Shown here: one piece after another, positions 10,201-20,471 of the stretch
Numbering within the stretch: the stretch's first letter is position 1
How the letters are laid out: every line of letters begins with the position of its first letter
Source of the DNA: a virus
DNA: 64,000 nucleotides
Reading direction: 5' to 3' (one strand)
Virus record (IMG/VR): IMGVR_UViG_3300042484_002006
Translations under genes and position numbers: made by a program
The notes under the pieces: generated by a model
Told to the model about the DNA's origin: nothing
The model's input: the letters and a program-made list of their open reading frames with translations, nothing else
The model's database searches: none

Positions 10201-11792
10201 AACACTATATTTATGCTAATCCAGTAACCCAAATTCATAATGGAAAATTCTTTCAAATTGAATTAACTTCTATACCTAGATTTGGTGCACCTATAATAGT
10301 CAACGTTGCCAATGATTCAGCTACACCAGCCGTTCAGTATAGGAATTTAATATTTACTGATTCAGCTACACCTGGTAAGGCAAGTTTCTATAATACTGAA
10401 AATGTTCTTGGAAATAGTGGAAACTCTTTATATCTAGCATATGAGAATATATCTAATATATCTGTAAAAGATTTATATACAGGAAAAACTTTATATAATA
10501 ATTTGAGTACGGCAACTAATGTTATTTCGCCATTCTCAGAGGCTACCCCATCAGTCCAGGGTAGAGAATACGAAGTCGTATATTATGTTAATAACGCTTT
10601 TTATGTAGATAAAGATGTCTATTCCAGCGCAAAAGATTCTTACGTAGCTAACTTATATCTATCTACAACTCCTTCAACTGTGTCACCTACTCCTTCTTAT
10701 GAAATAATTTATGAATCAGATTACATGAATTCTTTCAATAGTATAGACCTTGATATTAATCAGGTTAGCAATCCCTTAGAAGAGGGATATGTTTACATTG
10801 ACACTAATGAATACGAATATGGATCTATAGAAGCCTATCTTTCTCCCGCACATATAACTGATTCAGCAGAAGATCTAATGTATCTATCAATAGTATCCTA
10901 TGATTTAAATGGCAACTTAAAGCCAAATATGTCTTTCGATATCTATGGGGTAGATATTGAGGCCGAAGATACTCAAGTGCAAACAAATGATAATGGTTTC
11001 GCTACTACTATAATTAGATACACTGGCGTTATACCCGCTATAACTAATGAAAGTTCAATATTAATTTCCGGAATAACAGATACACCCACAGCTGGGCATC
11101 AGGAGACAATACCATTCAAAATTTATACTAATAATAAATTTCATTTACAGGTAAAGGCAACACCAGTAAGATATTCCATCCAGGCTGATGGACTAACAAA
11201 TGCTTCAATTGTAGGTAGAGTTTATTGGAAGAATAGACCATTTGAACACGCAATAGATCTTAGCTGGATTAAAGAAAGAACTTTATTAGATTTATTTGAT
11301 GGCACTCCAGTTAATATTGTTACCACTAACACAGACGGATCTTTTACAATTAATGACAGTATCCTTGCGGAGGATAATACTAATCCAGGACATTGGTTTC
11401 TTAAGATTGAGGTTAATAATCCAACTATAGTGAGAAATTTATTAATAAATGATGGGGAAGATTTATCTGCAACTGCCGTTACTATATCTGGTGACATTGT
11501 TTACTGGAATGAGGCATACGATAATGTCCAGTATGCTAGTGAAGGACTACCACTACCCAGTGCCTTTATTCATAGCAAGCAGCAAAATTCAGATCTAACT
11601 GCGACCCCTAATTTCGTATATAGGCATTCAGATTCTTCTAGTATTATTTCAAATGACGCTACACCAAATTGGATTCCAGAAAAATGGGTTCCATTAAGAA
11701 AATTTGATCAATATCAATTAAAGCTATTTGGATCAACTCCAGAATATATAACAACCTTAGAGAATTCTCATCCAGATTATGAGGAACAGTAA
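7224..11792 (+). CDS. large baseplate wedge/structural protein (1522 aa) with 14 Ala-Thr-Pro motifs
   Basis: Follows baseplate J. ILKRFPSW and DEFGARVSLPRLNLESNSNYKKRILD resemble wedge-protein motifs. An Ig-like segment (VQTNDNGFATT) lies near the C-terminus. Confidence 0.65.
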   Translation: MKQYLLLLKSSDFNKSSNIWTTDAINLYSNDQYKNYSSIRSPSGLNLIGDRTFVGTELTSPSTLHDYTPLNANAIYATDIGEVIYEEATPNVQRFIDTSSRIDILSYRHIFTNIPGTISPTFNIQMYESDNENGPWLKSSLRGDTNAIFIRNAKPYIKVELELYADEIDINQLGLVFYLEIGIYNPISPVISNSVRNILKRFPSWTALFEDSIADATPSLATPESTGGSFLNALVGENLDYISGQIDLYGINAYINSADINELAWCYVSYNVPANINTIVGDDIPLSRVSSLLDFFSSRSTDYVFYYNPVDRQLITMRNFSILKINDITYSQDPLNIYNDFDEFGARVSLPRLNLESNSNYKKRILDVTKNIPGVSMDAYKKTLRRELDLWRAYGATPDSDYLGATPEILEISDIESSADYFSEDGKPLSSFKQLVEELNIKYPSNLGYVNWGDGVWDYAGTLGEGISRIAAIYDTDTDLPAAYYQPGVGDFDDAKLMIDPVESATVSFSGHIEIGGTKRSSTPSYVYSPVDIHYSWYLNYTRTVSDYEAGRANDRGVALAYEIVIPPHDNYAATNTFYTNLSYLDRDDMYVGNRFLSTHSASPEFSLIKIFDQDGLTLTDLEFRNKVTNDVYYNTEATPASNSISVYDAASVKTTYSVRWNQGTQSYDTVPVAGYRASFNTSPIAYASNPSPSTSTTITSPNIDYVNANLRIGSTVYATKQEVKNSDVLTSNIVLNSINDISAAGKEDKIISFKDDLLDSVIYPPGATLNYLYINAATPAIQDLYRSGSYSSHGGYAIDPYTQDSYLVPSSPNIKYGFYASNNTLIGSKDYLTSATVNFSSTTPNYILIDAGTPSSYYPFDKITNEIFTATTTPSIFSGYIDENNNTYNKINESKNYFYNQDKFLQTIDLNRTSFNLDLEDIYDINYVKLAATPNSIEAYVDNPEVLLNSLNSSISSSEKIYVNVNAKRTNLNESSYLTGLNTGWLYLDQDQHYIYANPVTQIHNGKFFQIELTSIPRFGAPIIVNVANDSATPAVQYRNLIFTDSATPGKASFYNTENVLGNSGNSLYLAYENISNISVKDLYTGKTLYNNLSTATNVISPFSEATPSVQGREYEVVYYVNNAFYVDKDVYSSAKDSYVANLYLSTTPSTVSPTPSYEIIYESDYMNSFNSIDLDINQVSNPLEEGYVYIDTNEYEYGSIEAYLSPAHITDSAEDLMYLSIVSYDLNGNLKPNMSFDIYGVDIEAEDTQVQTNDNGFATTIIRYTGVIPAITNESSILISGITDTPTAGHQETIPFKIYTNNKFHLQVKATPVRYSIQADGLTNASIVGRVYWKNRPFEHAIDLSWIKERTLLDLFDGTPVNIVTTNTDGSFTINDSILAEDNTNPGHWFLKIEVNNPTIVRNLLINDGEDLSATAVTISGDIVYWNEAYDNVQYASEGLPLPSAFIHSKQQNSDLTATPNFVYRHSDSSSIISNDATPNWIPEKWVPLRKFDQYQLKLFGSTPEYITTLENSHPDYEEQ

Positions 11793-14700
11793 TGAAAAAA
11801 TTTGAAAATTTAACAACAGATGGCAATGAAAAGTCGGTTAAAATTGGCAAGAATATTCCCACAGAAGCTGCTGGTATATCATGGTTTTCTTCCTTAAAGG
11901 TTAGTCCAAGAAATAATATTTCTGTAGTAGATATATCTGGAACTATACAAGAAAATAGAATTACAAATGAAGACGGATTACAAGCAACTTTAGCGTTCGC
12001 TGACGAGCTAGGTTTTTTAAAAAAAATAGATGGAACTTATGATTTTCCAAGTAATGATATTACTGTTGGCAATATATTCTTAAATAGAGCAACAAATACA
12101 GAAAAAATAGATATCACTCAAACGGACGCAAGTGGCTTTGTTCACTACATATATATCAGCAGATACTTTATAAATGGTCCGGCAAATATGTCTTTAATAT
12201 CTTTAAAGCAATATGTTCCGTTTGAATCAATTAGAGGCCTTAATATTAAAGTTTTAGATGCGGGCAATAATGATTATGTAGACCCAATAACTAATATTAA
12301 AAAATATAGAATTCTTTTAGAACCGTTTAAAACTTCAAGTAATTATGCGGGAAACGAATGGCCTTATAGAATTATAGTTCTTCTTGACTCAGATGAACCT
12401 ACTAATCTAAAATTAGTATATGATAAAGTAGAATGTGACGACAACGCAAACGTATATAATTTAAATTTAAATTACACCGAGACAATAAACGCTATTACTT
12501 ACTTTAACGAAATCCCGGAAGAATCATTTGTTATAGATAATAATTATAAAGATAAAAATAATTTTTCTATTAAAAAAATAGATGATAAATATCGAACTTT
12601 AATCTCTGAAGTAAATAAACAAAGTGGTTATCAAATAGTGGTACCATCAAAAGCCATCAAAGATTATAGAACTTTTGAAGTTTTTAACTGGCGCATGATT
12701 GCCAGGACAAGAAATAATATTAATTTTGATCAAATTAATCATGGCTCAGAAGTGGATTCTTCTGGCACTATTGTACAAAAAACTGTTAAGGTTGGAGTTT
12801 TATATAGCTCATCAACTCAAGAAAATAATTCTACTGTTAACCCATATGTTTTTGCAAGGTTGCAAAACTCTCCGTTTAATTTGGCTAAATATACATTCGT
12901 TAATCCCAACGCAACAGGCACAGACAAAACATTGGCCTCTTATTGGAAGGTCGATATAGATTCTATTGATGATCTTAATAATTTTGATGTTTTAGCATGG
13001 TCTCCACCAGTATCAATAACAGCAAATCAAAACGCCAAAATTCAAGAATTTCTAAGAAAAAATGGAACTTTAATTCTTGATATGAGCAGTGGGACATGCA
13101 ATGCCACAGTACTAAATCCACAATTAAGCTTAAGTTCAGCAACAACTTCATCCAACTACATAGATACTGTAGATACTAATGTTTTATTGGATAATACTAA
13201 AAATGGTGGATGGACAATACAAGATGGCATTTTTGAAAAAGACAACTATGGAATATATGGATCTAATTATTCATATAGGGGAAACGCCTATAAAAATTAC
13301 AAGTATTTTAATAGTGCAGCAACAGCAAACTCATTCTTAAATTTAGGCGCAAGTTCTACATCTGCATATAGCGCAGGTGTAGTATTAGCCTATCCGAATA
13401 GTGGAGATTCATTATCTCGAGGCAATATTATTGGAACAACGTTCCCACTAATGCCGTATTGCAACTCTATTTATAGTGTAAATAGTCCAGAGCAAGTAGC
13501 CGATTCGAACTATGGCCCCACTGCAGCAGATCCGAGTGGAACTACATTGTATTCCGGTATCGTTGAGGGTCCTTTTAAGTTATTGTACAATATAGTTTCC
13601 TACGCTTTGTATTGCAGGAGCCAAGCAACTCGTTCAATAGATATCAGAAGTTCTTTATATAATTTTATTACACAGTGGGATTCGTCATGGACTATGGATC
13701 AAGATGCGTTATTTGATGATGAAAAAGAACAGTATTTTACACAGATATCAATTAATAATCTAGGATCTAAATATGCTAGAAATATCATAAGCAATAATAG
13801 CTCTATATTTGATTTTTATAAATCATCTTTAAGTAGCTTTTTGCCCCCTGCACAAAGAGAAATAATTCAAAATTTATCGTCATCTAATGTTGAAATATTC
13901 ATAGAGGTTACAAATCCTGATGTCGCAATAAGTAATACGACAGTAGTCAATACCAGTACAAATATTAATAATGAAAATATACCTTCATCTTATTATTTAT
14001 TTAAAGTGATAGATCCAAATATTAAATGTTTTGCGTATACAAATAAAGTTTCTCCAAAGTTAACAATACCAAGTAACTTTGGTGCCTATGCAATCATGGA
14101 TAGTCAACATAGCACTTCTGGTACATTGAGGTTAAATAATGAATTAAATGTATTAAATTCTTTTAGATCTTATCCATTTAATTTAACATCTAAATATAAC
14201 TACGCTAGAGCCATAGATAAACCCGTATCATTTGATGTAAATTTAGATACTTCACTAACAGTGACATTTAACGCTTCCTTAAAGGAAGTTAGACAAGTCA
14301 CTACCAATCCCACTAAACCGAGTGGAGAGGTAGTAACAGTTGGCGCACCCTGCATATCGATTAAATCAGCTATTGATGATCTAGGATTGTTAAGAACAAC
14401 AGCTAGTTCAAACGCAAATAATGTTTTCCCATACACTGGAGACATAGATATCCATAAGAGTACTAGAATATGGTATTACCAAGGTGGACCCCCTCCTCCA
14501 AATGATTTAACCCCAGAAGATATAGCCGGAATAGCATCAGCTATCTTAGCAGCAGCGGGTGTCGCAAGTACTTCAACGTGGACAAGTGCTAGTTTCGTCA
14601 ATACAAAAGCCAAGCCGCCGACTGATAGCGGAGCAACAACTGGTAGCACAACTACAACTGTAGCTCCTACTACTACAACCCCAAGAGCAACACCTACGAG

Positions 14701-15118
14701 TACTGCTCCTCCGACCACTACACCAGCGACCACTTCTACTACCACTAGTACAACCATCCCAGCTAACACTACACCACCCATCACCGCTGGACCACCGACT
14801 ACCACGATAGCATCCCCGCCAAGAGATACACGCGTAGCGTTAAAGTCCTGGAAATTTAAAGGAAAAGCTTTCAATAAAACAAACACTGCTGTTATTGACG
14901 CAGAAATTTATATTTCAATTTTTTCTGATAAAACTATCAAAAGAACAGTTTATAGGTTAACTGGAAATTTCAATAATCCACTTGAATATGTTACACATGC
15001 GACATGGTCAATATCAGACGCTCTAAAAATAGCACCAACTTCTGCATTTTCTAGCACTTTTGGTGGTGGTCCTAACGACTACGTGGCAATTTACAACAAG
15101 ATAAAAGCATATGCATAG
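11792..15118 (+). CDS. large virion structural protein (1108 aa) with C-terminal Pro/Thr-rich linker; ends in TAG in frame with the next ORF
   Basis: Long ORF in the tail module, coupled start (TAATG), N/S/T-rich composition. Confidence 0.6.
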   Translation: MKKFENLTTDGNEKSVKIGKNIPTEAAGISWFSSLKVSPRNNISVVDISGTIQENRITNEDGLQATLAFADELGFLKKIDGTYDFPSNDITVGNIFLNRATNTEKIDITQTDASGFVHYIYISRYFINGPANMSLISLKQYVPFESIRGLNIKVLDAGNNDYVDPITNIKKYRILLEPFKTSSNYAGNEWPYRIIVLLDSDEPTNLKLVYDKVECDDNANVYNLNLNYTETINAITYFNEIPEESFVIDNNYKDKNNFSIKKIDDKYRTLISEVNKQSGYQIVVPSKAIKDYRTFEVFNWRMIARTRNNINFDQINHGSEVDSSGTIVQKTVKVGVLYSSSTQENNSTVNPYVFARLQNSPFNLAKYTFVNPNATGTDKTLASYWKVDIDSIDDLNNFDVLAWSPPVSITANQNAKIQEFLRKNGTLILDMSSGTCNATVLNPQLSLSSATTSSNYIDTVDTNVLLDNTKNGGWTIQDGIFEKDNYGIYGSNYSYRGNAYKNYKYFNSAATANSFLNLGASSTSAYSAGVVLAYPNSGDSLSRGNIIGTTFPLMPYCNSIYSVNSPEQVADSNYGPTAADPSGTTLYSGIVEGPFKLLYNIVSYALYCRSQATRSIDIRSSLYNFITQWDSSWTMDQDALFDDEKEQYFTQISINNLGSKYARNIISNNSSIFDFYKSSLSSFLPPAQREIIQNLSSSNVEIFIEVTNPDVAISNTTVVNTSTNINNENIPSSYYLFKVIDPNIKCFAYTNKVSPKLTIPSNFGAYAIMDSQHSTSGTLRLNNELNVLNSFRSYPFNLTSKYNYARAIDKPVSFDVNLDTSLTVTFNASLKEVRQVTTNPTKPSGEVVTVGAPCISIKSAIDDLGLLRTTASSNANNVFPYTGDIDIHKSTRIWYYQGGPPPPNDLTPEDIAGIASAILAAAGVASTSTWTSASFVNTKAKPPTDSGATTGSTTTTVAPTTTTPRATPTSTAPPTTTPATTSTTTSTTIPANTTPPITAGPPTTTIASPPRDTRVALKSWKFKGKAFNKTNTAVIDAEIYISIFSDKTIKRTVYRLTGNFNNPLEYVTHATWSISDALKIAPTSAFSSTFGGGPNDYVAIYNKIKAYA

Positions 15119-15136
15119 GCTAGACTGGAATATATA

Positions 15137-17860
15137 ATGGCTGCTCACGAATACGTAAAGTACATACAGTTCACTCTATCCGCTCATGGATCTTATAAAG
15201 ATAAAGTAGATGGAATCTATGGTCGCAAAACTATGGACGCTGTTCACTCTTTTCAGCAAGCTTTTAATGAAAGGTACATTGACGGAAAAGTAGATAGTGA
15301 GACTAAATGGCATCTAGCTTTATTCTGGAAGAATGAAGTTAATTTTGATAATTGGATAATTTGGGCTAGAGATGTAACTAAAGTTCCAGAAGTTATCAAG
15401 TATATGCAGGCAGCTCGCTCTACTGTTTTGGCATCAGATATAGGTAATGCAACCTATAGGAAAATTACATTTACAGGATTTGGTGGACCAAGTGAAGCTA
15501 AAGATATTATATTCTTTGAAGTAGATACTTCAAAATTAAAAACTGTAACTTCAATTTCTATTGAAGCCGATACTAATCCGCTTTGGAGAAATTTCTATAT
15601 TGACATGTACGGATGGTCCTCTGCCTATACTACTGATATATATCAAACAAACGTACAAAGCATTAGCGCGTATGCTTTAAACAATAATATTGAGATTCAA
15701 ATGGGCGGGATGCCTGCCACAGACTGTAGATATATGTGGATATTGGTTACTGGAAAATCAGTTCCATACTATGGAAGTGGAGAAGGTTTCGGCATTAGAG
15801 CAATTGACGCTTTTGGAACTTCTATCAAGGAAGAATCTCCTGGAGCAGATCCAGTTAATGAAGTGGTTATACCTGTTCGACAAACTATCGTAACTGCAAC
15901 AGTAGAATCTGAGGAGACTCACAATAATGTGACATCTGCCTTGGATGCAAGTAAAACATATACTACTTCTAATCTAAATAGAGGCGCTTCTTTTGTTACT
16001 TCAATTACCTATTCTGATCCACAAATATTTGAGGGAACTAAAACTGAGACTTTTGCAAATGGTGAATATAAGCTAGACAATAATACAACTCATACTTTTG
16101 ATAATCTGATGATAAATTTTGCAAGCGCGCCAACATCAGTAACACTAAATAGTGCAGCTGTAACTCAAGTAACTTCTAGCGGGAGTACTGTTACAGGAAG
16201 TCCAATAACGCTAGTAACATCGGGCAATCAGTACAGTTTAACTACGTCAGCTATTTATTATAGTGGAAGTCAAATATTTAATATTACCAATTCTTTAGCA
16301 ACTGGATATAAACTCAGAACAATTGACGGTCGTATTTTTTCTGATTCAAGAAACTCAGTAGATGTGAATGACGGAATTTTATTGCTATGCAATCAAAGTG
16401 GATCGCCGTATGGACTACCAACCTCAGCTGAAATCAATACGCAATTAACAGGAATATCTTCAATAAATAGTGAAGAAATAGATTTAAGATATGGTTCATT
16501 TATAGTAAAAAATGAAACAGAAAATCAAGATGGATTCATTTATGGTTTTTATGATATTCTGGAAAAAGAATTTTTAGGAAATCAAATAACTTACATAGAC
16601 ATTGTATCTAGAGGTGTCAGCAATATATTTATTGGAGTCTGTGCAATAGATGCAGACGGCAATACTCAAAATAAAAATGAATATATTGGCCCAACATTAA
16701 ATACAACATTCAAGCCAGTGAATGTTCCACTTAGAACAATAGTCCCAGTATATTCTGTTAAAACTAATTCTAATTCTGCTATTAAAGTTGGAAAAATGAA
16801 TGATAATTTATCCAAGTTCAACGCATGGCCACTGCCATTGACTACTGGAAGTTTCTGGAAGAAGATTTCTATTTCTCCTGAAAACAAATGGACGGGCTGG
16901 AAGGCCAATTATATTAATCAAGAATTAAATGCAGAGTACACAACAATTAATGAATTTGAATCTGCATCGTCAGAACTATTTGGTTTTGGACATCAGGATA
17001 TTATTAACGAATCTCCATCCATACTTAGTTCTAATAAAATTAAGGTAAGCTCCACGCCCATTTTAGCTTGGAATCATCCTACGAATAATAAAAATTCAAT
17101 AGTTGGAATTATTAAACCTCAAATTAAGATTTATACTAGAGAATCAGTATCTTCGGAATGGGTAGAGGTTGCGTATTCAGCAATTAAAGATATTGATTGT
17201 TATAACGGTTTAATAGAATTTAATAAAAATATCATACCACAAAATCCTGAATTAGTTAAAGTTAACTATACAACAGTTAATAAGGATATACTTCTCAATC
17301 ATATAAATGGAGTGCCAATTCCATTGAATCCTGTTTTGAATTCTGATAATGTCTATTATAATCAACCTTTATATGTTTATATACTTCCGAAAAATATCTA
17401 TAAAAAAGAAAATATTCAAAATAATACAAATAATTTAATTAAAATTAATGATTATTTATACGATTCTCCAATCCAATTTACTTATGATTCATCTATTTTC
17501 GACAATAGATCGTCTGAGTATGACCCGTTTGCTCTACCAATAGCGACTATATACGTAACCAATAATCCATATAGTGTAGCACCAGATACTGTAGACTTGA
17601 GATTGAAGGGTGGCGGAGTAGCTATAGATAAAACAAATTATGAGTTGATGGAGGCAATTCCTGAGGTACTATCTTTCTGGGATGTCTACTCTCCATCCGG
17701 TAAAGCTTATAACAAGGGTGGATATGTTATAATTAGAATACCAGAAGAAGTAAAAGATTATTTTGTAGACCAAAAAGAAATCTATAATATTATATCTAAT
17801 AATCTAACAGCTGGTATAGCTTACGAGCTTCAGGATATGGATGGGAACAGTTGGAACTGA
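15137..17860 (+). CDS. virion structural protein (907 aa) with N-terminal peptidoglycan-binding domain (PGBD-like)
   Basis: VKYIQFTL..KVDGIYGRKTMDAVHSFQQ..IDGKVDSETKWHL is a PG_binding_1-type three-helix repeat. Confidence 0.7.
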   Translation: MAAHEYVKYIQFTLSAHGSYKDKVDGIYGRKTMDAVHSFQQAFNERYIDGKVDSETKWHLALFWKNEVNFDNWIIWARDVTKVPEVIKYMQAARSTVLASDIGNATYRKITFTGFGGPSEAKDIIFFEVDTSKLKTVTSISIEADTNPLWRNFYIDMYGWSSAYTTDIYQTNVQSISAYALNNNIEIQMGGMPATDCRYMWILVTGKSVPYYGSGEGFGIRAIDAFGTSIKEESPGADPVNEVVIPVRQTIVTATVESEETHNNVTSALDASKTYTTSNLNRGASFVTSITYSDPQIFEGTKTETFANGEYKLDNNTTHTFDNLMINFASAPTSVTLNSAAVTQVTSSGSTVTGSPITLVTSGNQYSLTTSAIYYSGSQIFNITNSLATGYKLRTIDGRIFSDSRNSVDVNDGILLLCNQSGSPYGLPTSAEINTQLTGISSINSEEIDLRYGSFIVKNETENQDGFIYGFYDILEKEFLGNQITYIDIVSRGVSNIFIGVCAIDADGNTQNKNEYIGPTLNTTFKPVNVPLRTIVPVYSVKTNSNSAIKVGKMNDNLSKFNAWPLPLTTGSFWKKISISPENKWTGWKANYINQELNAEYTTINEFESASSELFGFGHQDIINESPSILSSNKIKVSSTPILAWNHPTNNKNSIVGIIKPQIKIYTRESVSSEWVEVAYSAIKDIDCYNGLIEFNKNIIPQNPELVKVNYTTVNKDILLNHINGVPIPLNPVLNSDNVYYNQPLYVYILPKNIYKKENIQNNTNNLIKINDYLYDSPIQFTYDSSIFDNRSSEYDPFALPIATIYVTNNPYSVAPDTVDLRLKGGGVAIDKTNYELMEAIPEVLSFWDVYSPSGKAYNKGGYVIIRIPEEVKDYFVDQKEIYNIISNNLTAGIAYELQDMDGNSWN

Positions 17861-20471
17861 CATGCTAAGAAATTTACCTGACACAATCAATTCATTTTCT
17901 AGTTTAAGTAAAACTACTGTTACTTCTTTAATTAAAAATATGAAAGTTGATAAAATTGAAATTGGTTCCTTAATCAGCAGATTGTCTGGCTTTACTGCCG
18001 GAAATAATTTTGCAACCTCTTCTATCGGAAGTCTGAGCACGTTAAGTAAGGAAGTTTTGGTTGAACTTTTTAGGGATTCTTCTTTACGTCTAAATAATTT
18101 ATACAATGGAGCTAATTCAGCTGGACTCGCGCTAGATTCTATGATAGATATTCTTTCTTCTGAAATAGAAAAAATTGAAAAAGATATAAATGATCTAGAA
18201 ACTTTTATCAATAATTACGAATATATTTCCGGTAAAGACGATTTATATAACGCTAATTACATCGAAAAATTTGACAACAGTTTATACGACTATTCTTATG
18301 ATGGTTCTAATTTTAATATTCCCGATAGAGATAATGCACCATTTATTAATGGTGGAAATTATTTTATAGATACTATTAGTGGAATTTTAAAAATGGGAAA
18401 TTCCTATTCTAATAAGAATATAATTAATAATATTAAATCAATTAATATAGCTTCTAATTATCAAAACTATATAACTACTGATGGCAATTTTGATAATCTA
18501 TTTAATGATAACTTAAAAGATTCTTGGAATTTAACAATTAAAAGTCCAATAGTTTTAACTTCAAATATAATTAATTATTTAAAATATTTAAATTATGATT
18601 ATAGTAGAATTAACGGAGCACAGACAGCTGTTGAAGTAGAACTTGTTTCTGGTATTAATATTGACACAATAAGGATAAATCCAAATCTTGGAAATGGACT
18701 TCAACTCCTCCAGATTGTTGCCTTTAATCCACCAAATACAAATTCATCGAATGTAAATTCAGCCGATTCATATAATCTATTATTATCTACACCAAGAAAT
18801 CTTGATTCAAGATTAGAAATATCTTTTGAGAAAAAAATAATTAATAAATTTATATTCATCTTTAATCAATCATCTTATATTAGAAATAAAATGACACCAA
18901 TAACTTCTGAGTTAAATTCAAAAAATATTCAATCGTTTATTAATGAAAGATTGAATGAAAGAAGTAAAAAATTTAGCCTAATGCAAGACTTAGTCTATTG
19001 GCATTTTAAGAGAAATAATACAGTTAATGGTTTGTCCAAAAATAGAAACGTAGAAAACGAGTATTATAGTTACAGATTCCCTAAAGATCTTAATGAATAC
19101 TCTAAGATGATTTCAGATGAAATATTTAAAGCAAATAATTTTGATTTGAGCGACAGAGGTAAATTATTTAATTCCCCAATATTTAAAAATCTTTTCTACA
19201 ATATAGTGTCTAATTTAGACACTAATTATTCTAATATATATTCCAATTATTTCGTAGAATCATCAATGAGTAAAAATTCACAGCAGACACTAGCTTATCC
19301 TGGAAACATGATGCAGGGTAACAGTAATAATGTATCGGATCAAAAATATCAATTTTATGGACAATCTAGTTCTTTTGGAACAGCCCATGATGCAGTAGTA
19401 GATCTTTTAACTAAGGAAGCTTCAGATTCCTACGAGTATATTTTTTCTTTGAAATCAATAGAATTCATGGAGTGTAACTCATTAAATATTGATAAGTCTT
19501 GTTTTGTCAGTAGAAAAATTCCAATCAATGGTCAAATACTAGCGGTTAAAAGTAGAGCTGAAGTTATTAAAAGCTCTGCGAATGATGAAGCAGTAAGTTT
19601 TAATTTGAATAACTTATTATCTTATGAACTTTCTATTTCAAATAAAGAAATTCCTAGTAACGAATTAGATTGGGTTCCAATAGCATTTAATTCCTCAACT
19701 ACAATTGATTCCGAAGTAATGTTTTTTGACACTACAGATTTCTCAGCTAAATTAAGATTTAGAGCATTGAGCGGATCTGTCGTATTATTTAAAGATGGCC
19801 TTAGGTGCAATACTAGTCAATACTCGTTTAATGCAGTGTCTAATAAGATTACTATTACAGATAGATCTTTATTTGCACCAGCAAGTATTTTCTGCGTATC
19901 CTATACATTGGATACGGTAATGTATGATCCATATGAAATAGATTTTATTAAATATAATTTGTATGAAGATATAACAAAAAATTATGGAGACAATTCTGGC
20001 CCAGGTCAGTCGTTTGCAAGAAATGATTCAAATAGATCAATTAACTTAGAATATACTCCATACGTAAATAAAACATATTTAAACGACGCCACATATGGAT
20101 TGACGATAGGCACAATATTTAGGGGAGCAGGATTAGGGTATAATCCTGTTAAAATATTATTGTCAGATGGAACATATGCAATAAATATGACAAATTATAC
20201 TGACACTCAATACAGTGCTGGATTCTACGACACTAATTTAACTTTATTTATTCAAAATGGAAAAAATATTACTTTTAATAAGATTATTAATTCTAATTTT
20301 AAAGTTTTCTATGAATATATTCCTTATAATTTACGATTCAGATTAATTATGAGAAAGAATGTTCCCAACTTAGACATTCCCGCCAAGGCTGACTCAGTTC
20401 TTTTGAAAATTAAAACAGAAACATTTGATTCAAATTACGACAAATTAACATCAGTAGCTAAGAATAGTTGA
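17841..20471 (+). CDS. virion structural protein (876 aa), paralog array member
   Basis: Long Asn-rich ORF sharing motifs with downstream ORFs (YEYIFSLKSIEF, LDWVPI, C-terminal IPAKADSVLLK). Confidence 0.55.
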   Translation: MGTVGTDMLRNLPDTINSFSSLSKTTVTSLIKNMKVDKIEIGSLISRLSGFTAGNNFATSSIGSLSTLSKEVLVELFRDSSLRLNNLYNGANSAGLALDSMIDILSSEIEKIEKDINDLETFINNYEYISGKDDLYNANYIEKFDNSLYDYSYDGSNFNIPDRDNAPFINGGNYFIDTISGILKMGNSYSNKNIINNIKSINIASNYQNYITTDGNFDNLFNDNLKDSWNLTIKSPIVLTSNIINYLKYLNYDYSRINGAQTAVEVELVSGINIDTIRINPNLGNGLQLLQIVAFNPPNTNSSNVNSADSYNLLLSTPRNLDSRLEISFEKKIINKFIFIFNQSSYIRNKMTPITSELNSKNIQSFINERLNERSKKFSLMQDLVYWHFKRNNTVNGLSKNRNVENEYYSYRFPKDLNEYSKMISDEIFKANNFDLSDRGKLFNSPIFKNLFYNIVSNLDTNYSNIYSNYFVESSMSKNSQQTLAYPGNMMQGNSNNVSDQKYQFYGQSSSFGTAHDAVVDLLTKEASDSYEYIFSLKSIEFMECNSLNIDKSCFVSRKIPINGQILAVKSRAEVIKSSANDEAVSFNLNNLLSYELSISNKEIPSNELDWVPIAFNSSTTIDSEVMFFDTTDFSAKLRFRALSGSVVLFKDGLRCNTSQYSFNAVSNKITITDRSLFAPASIFCVSYTLDTVMYDPYEIDFIKYNLYEDITKNYGDNSGPGQSFARNDSNRSINLEYTPYVNKTYLNDATYGLTIGTIFRGAGLGYNPVKILLSDGTYAINMTNYTDTQYSAGFYDTNLTLFIQNGKNITFNKIINSNFKVFYEYIPYNLRFRLIMRKNVPNLDIPAKADSVLLKIKTETFDSNYDKLTSVAKNS

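Noticed and set aside
14476-14886. 136-aa minus-strand Val/Gly-rich ORF
   Set aside because: Antisense shadow of the Pro/Thr codons of the real gene.
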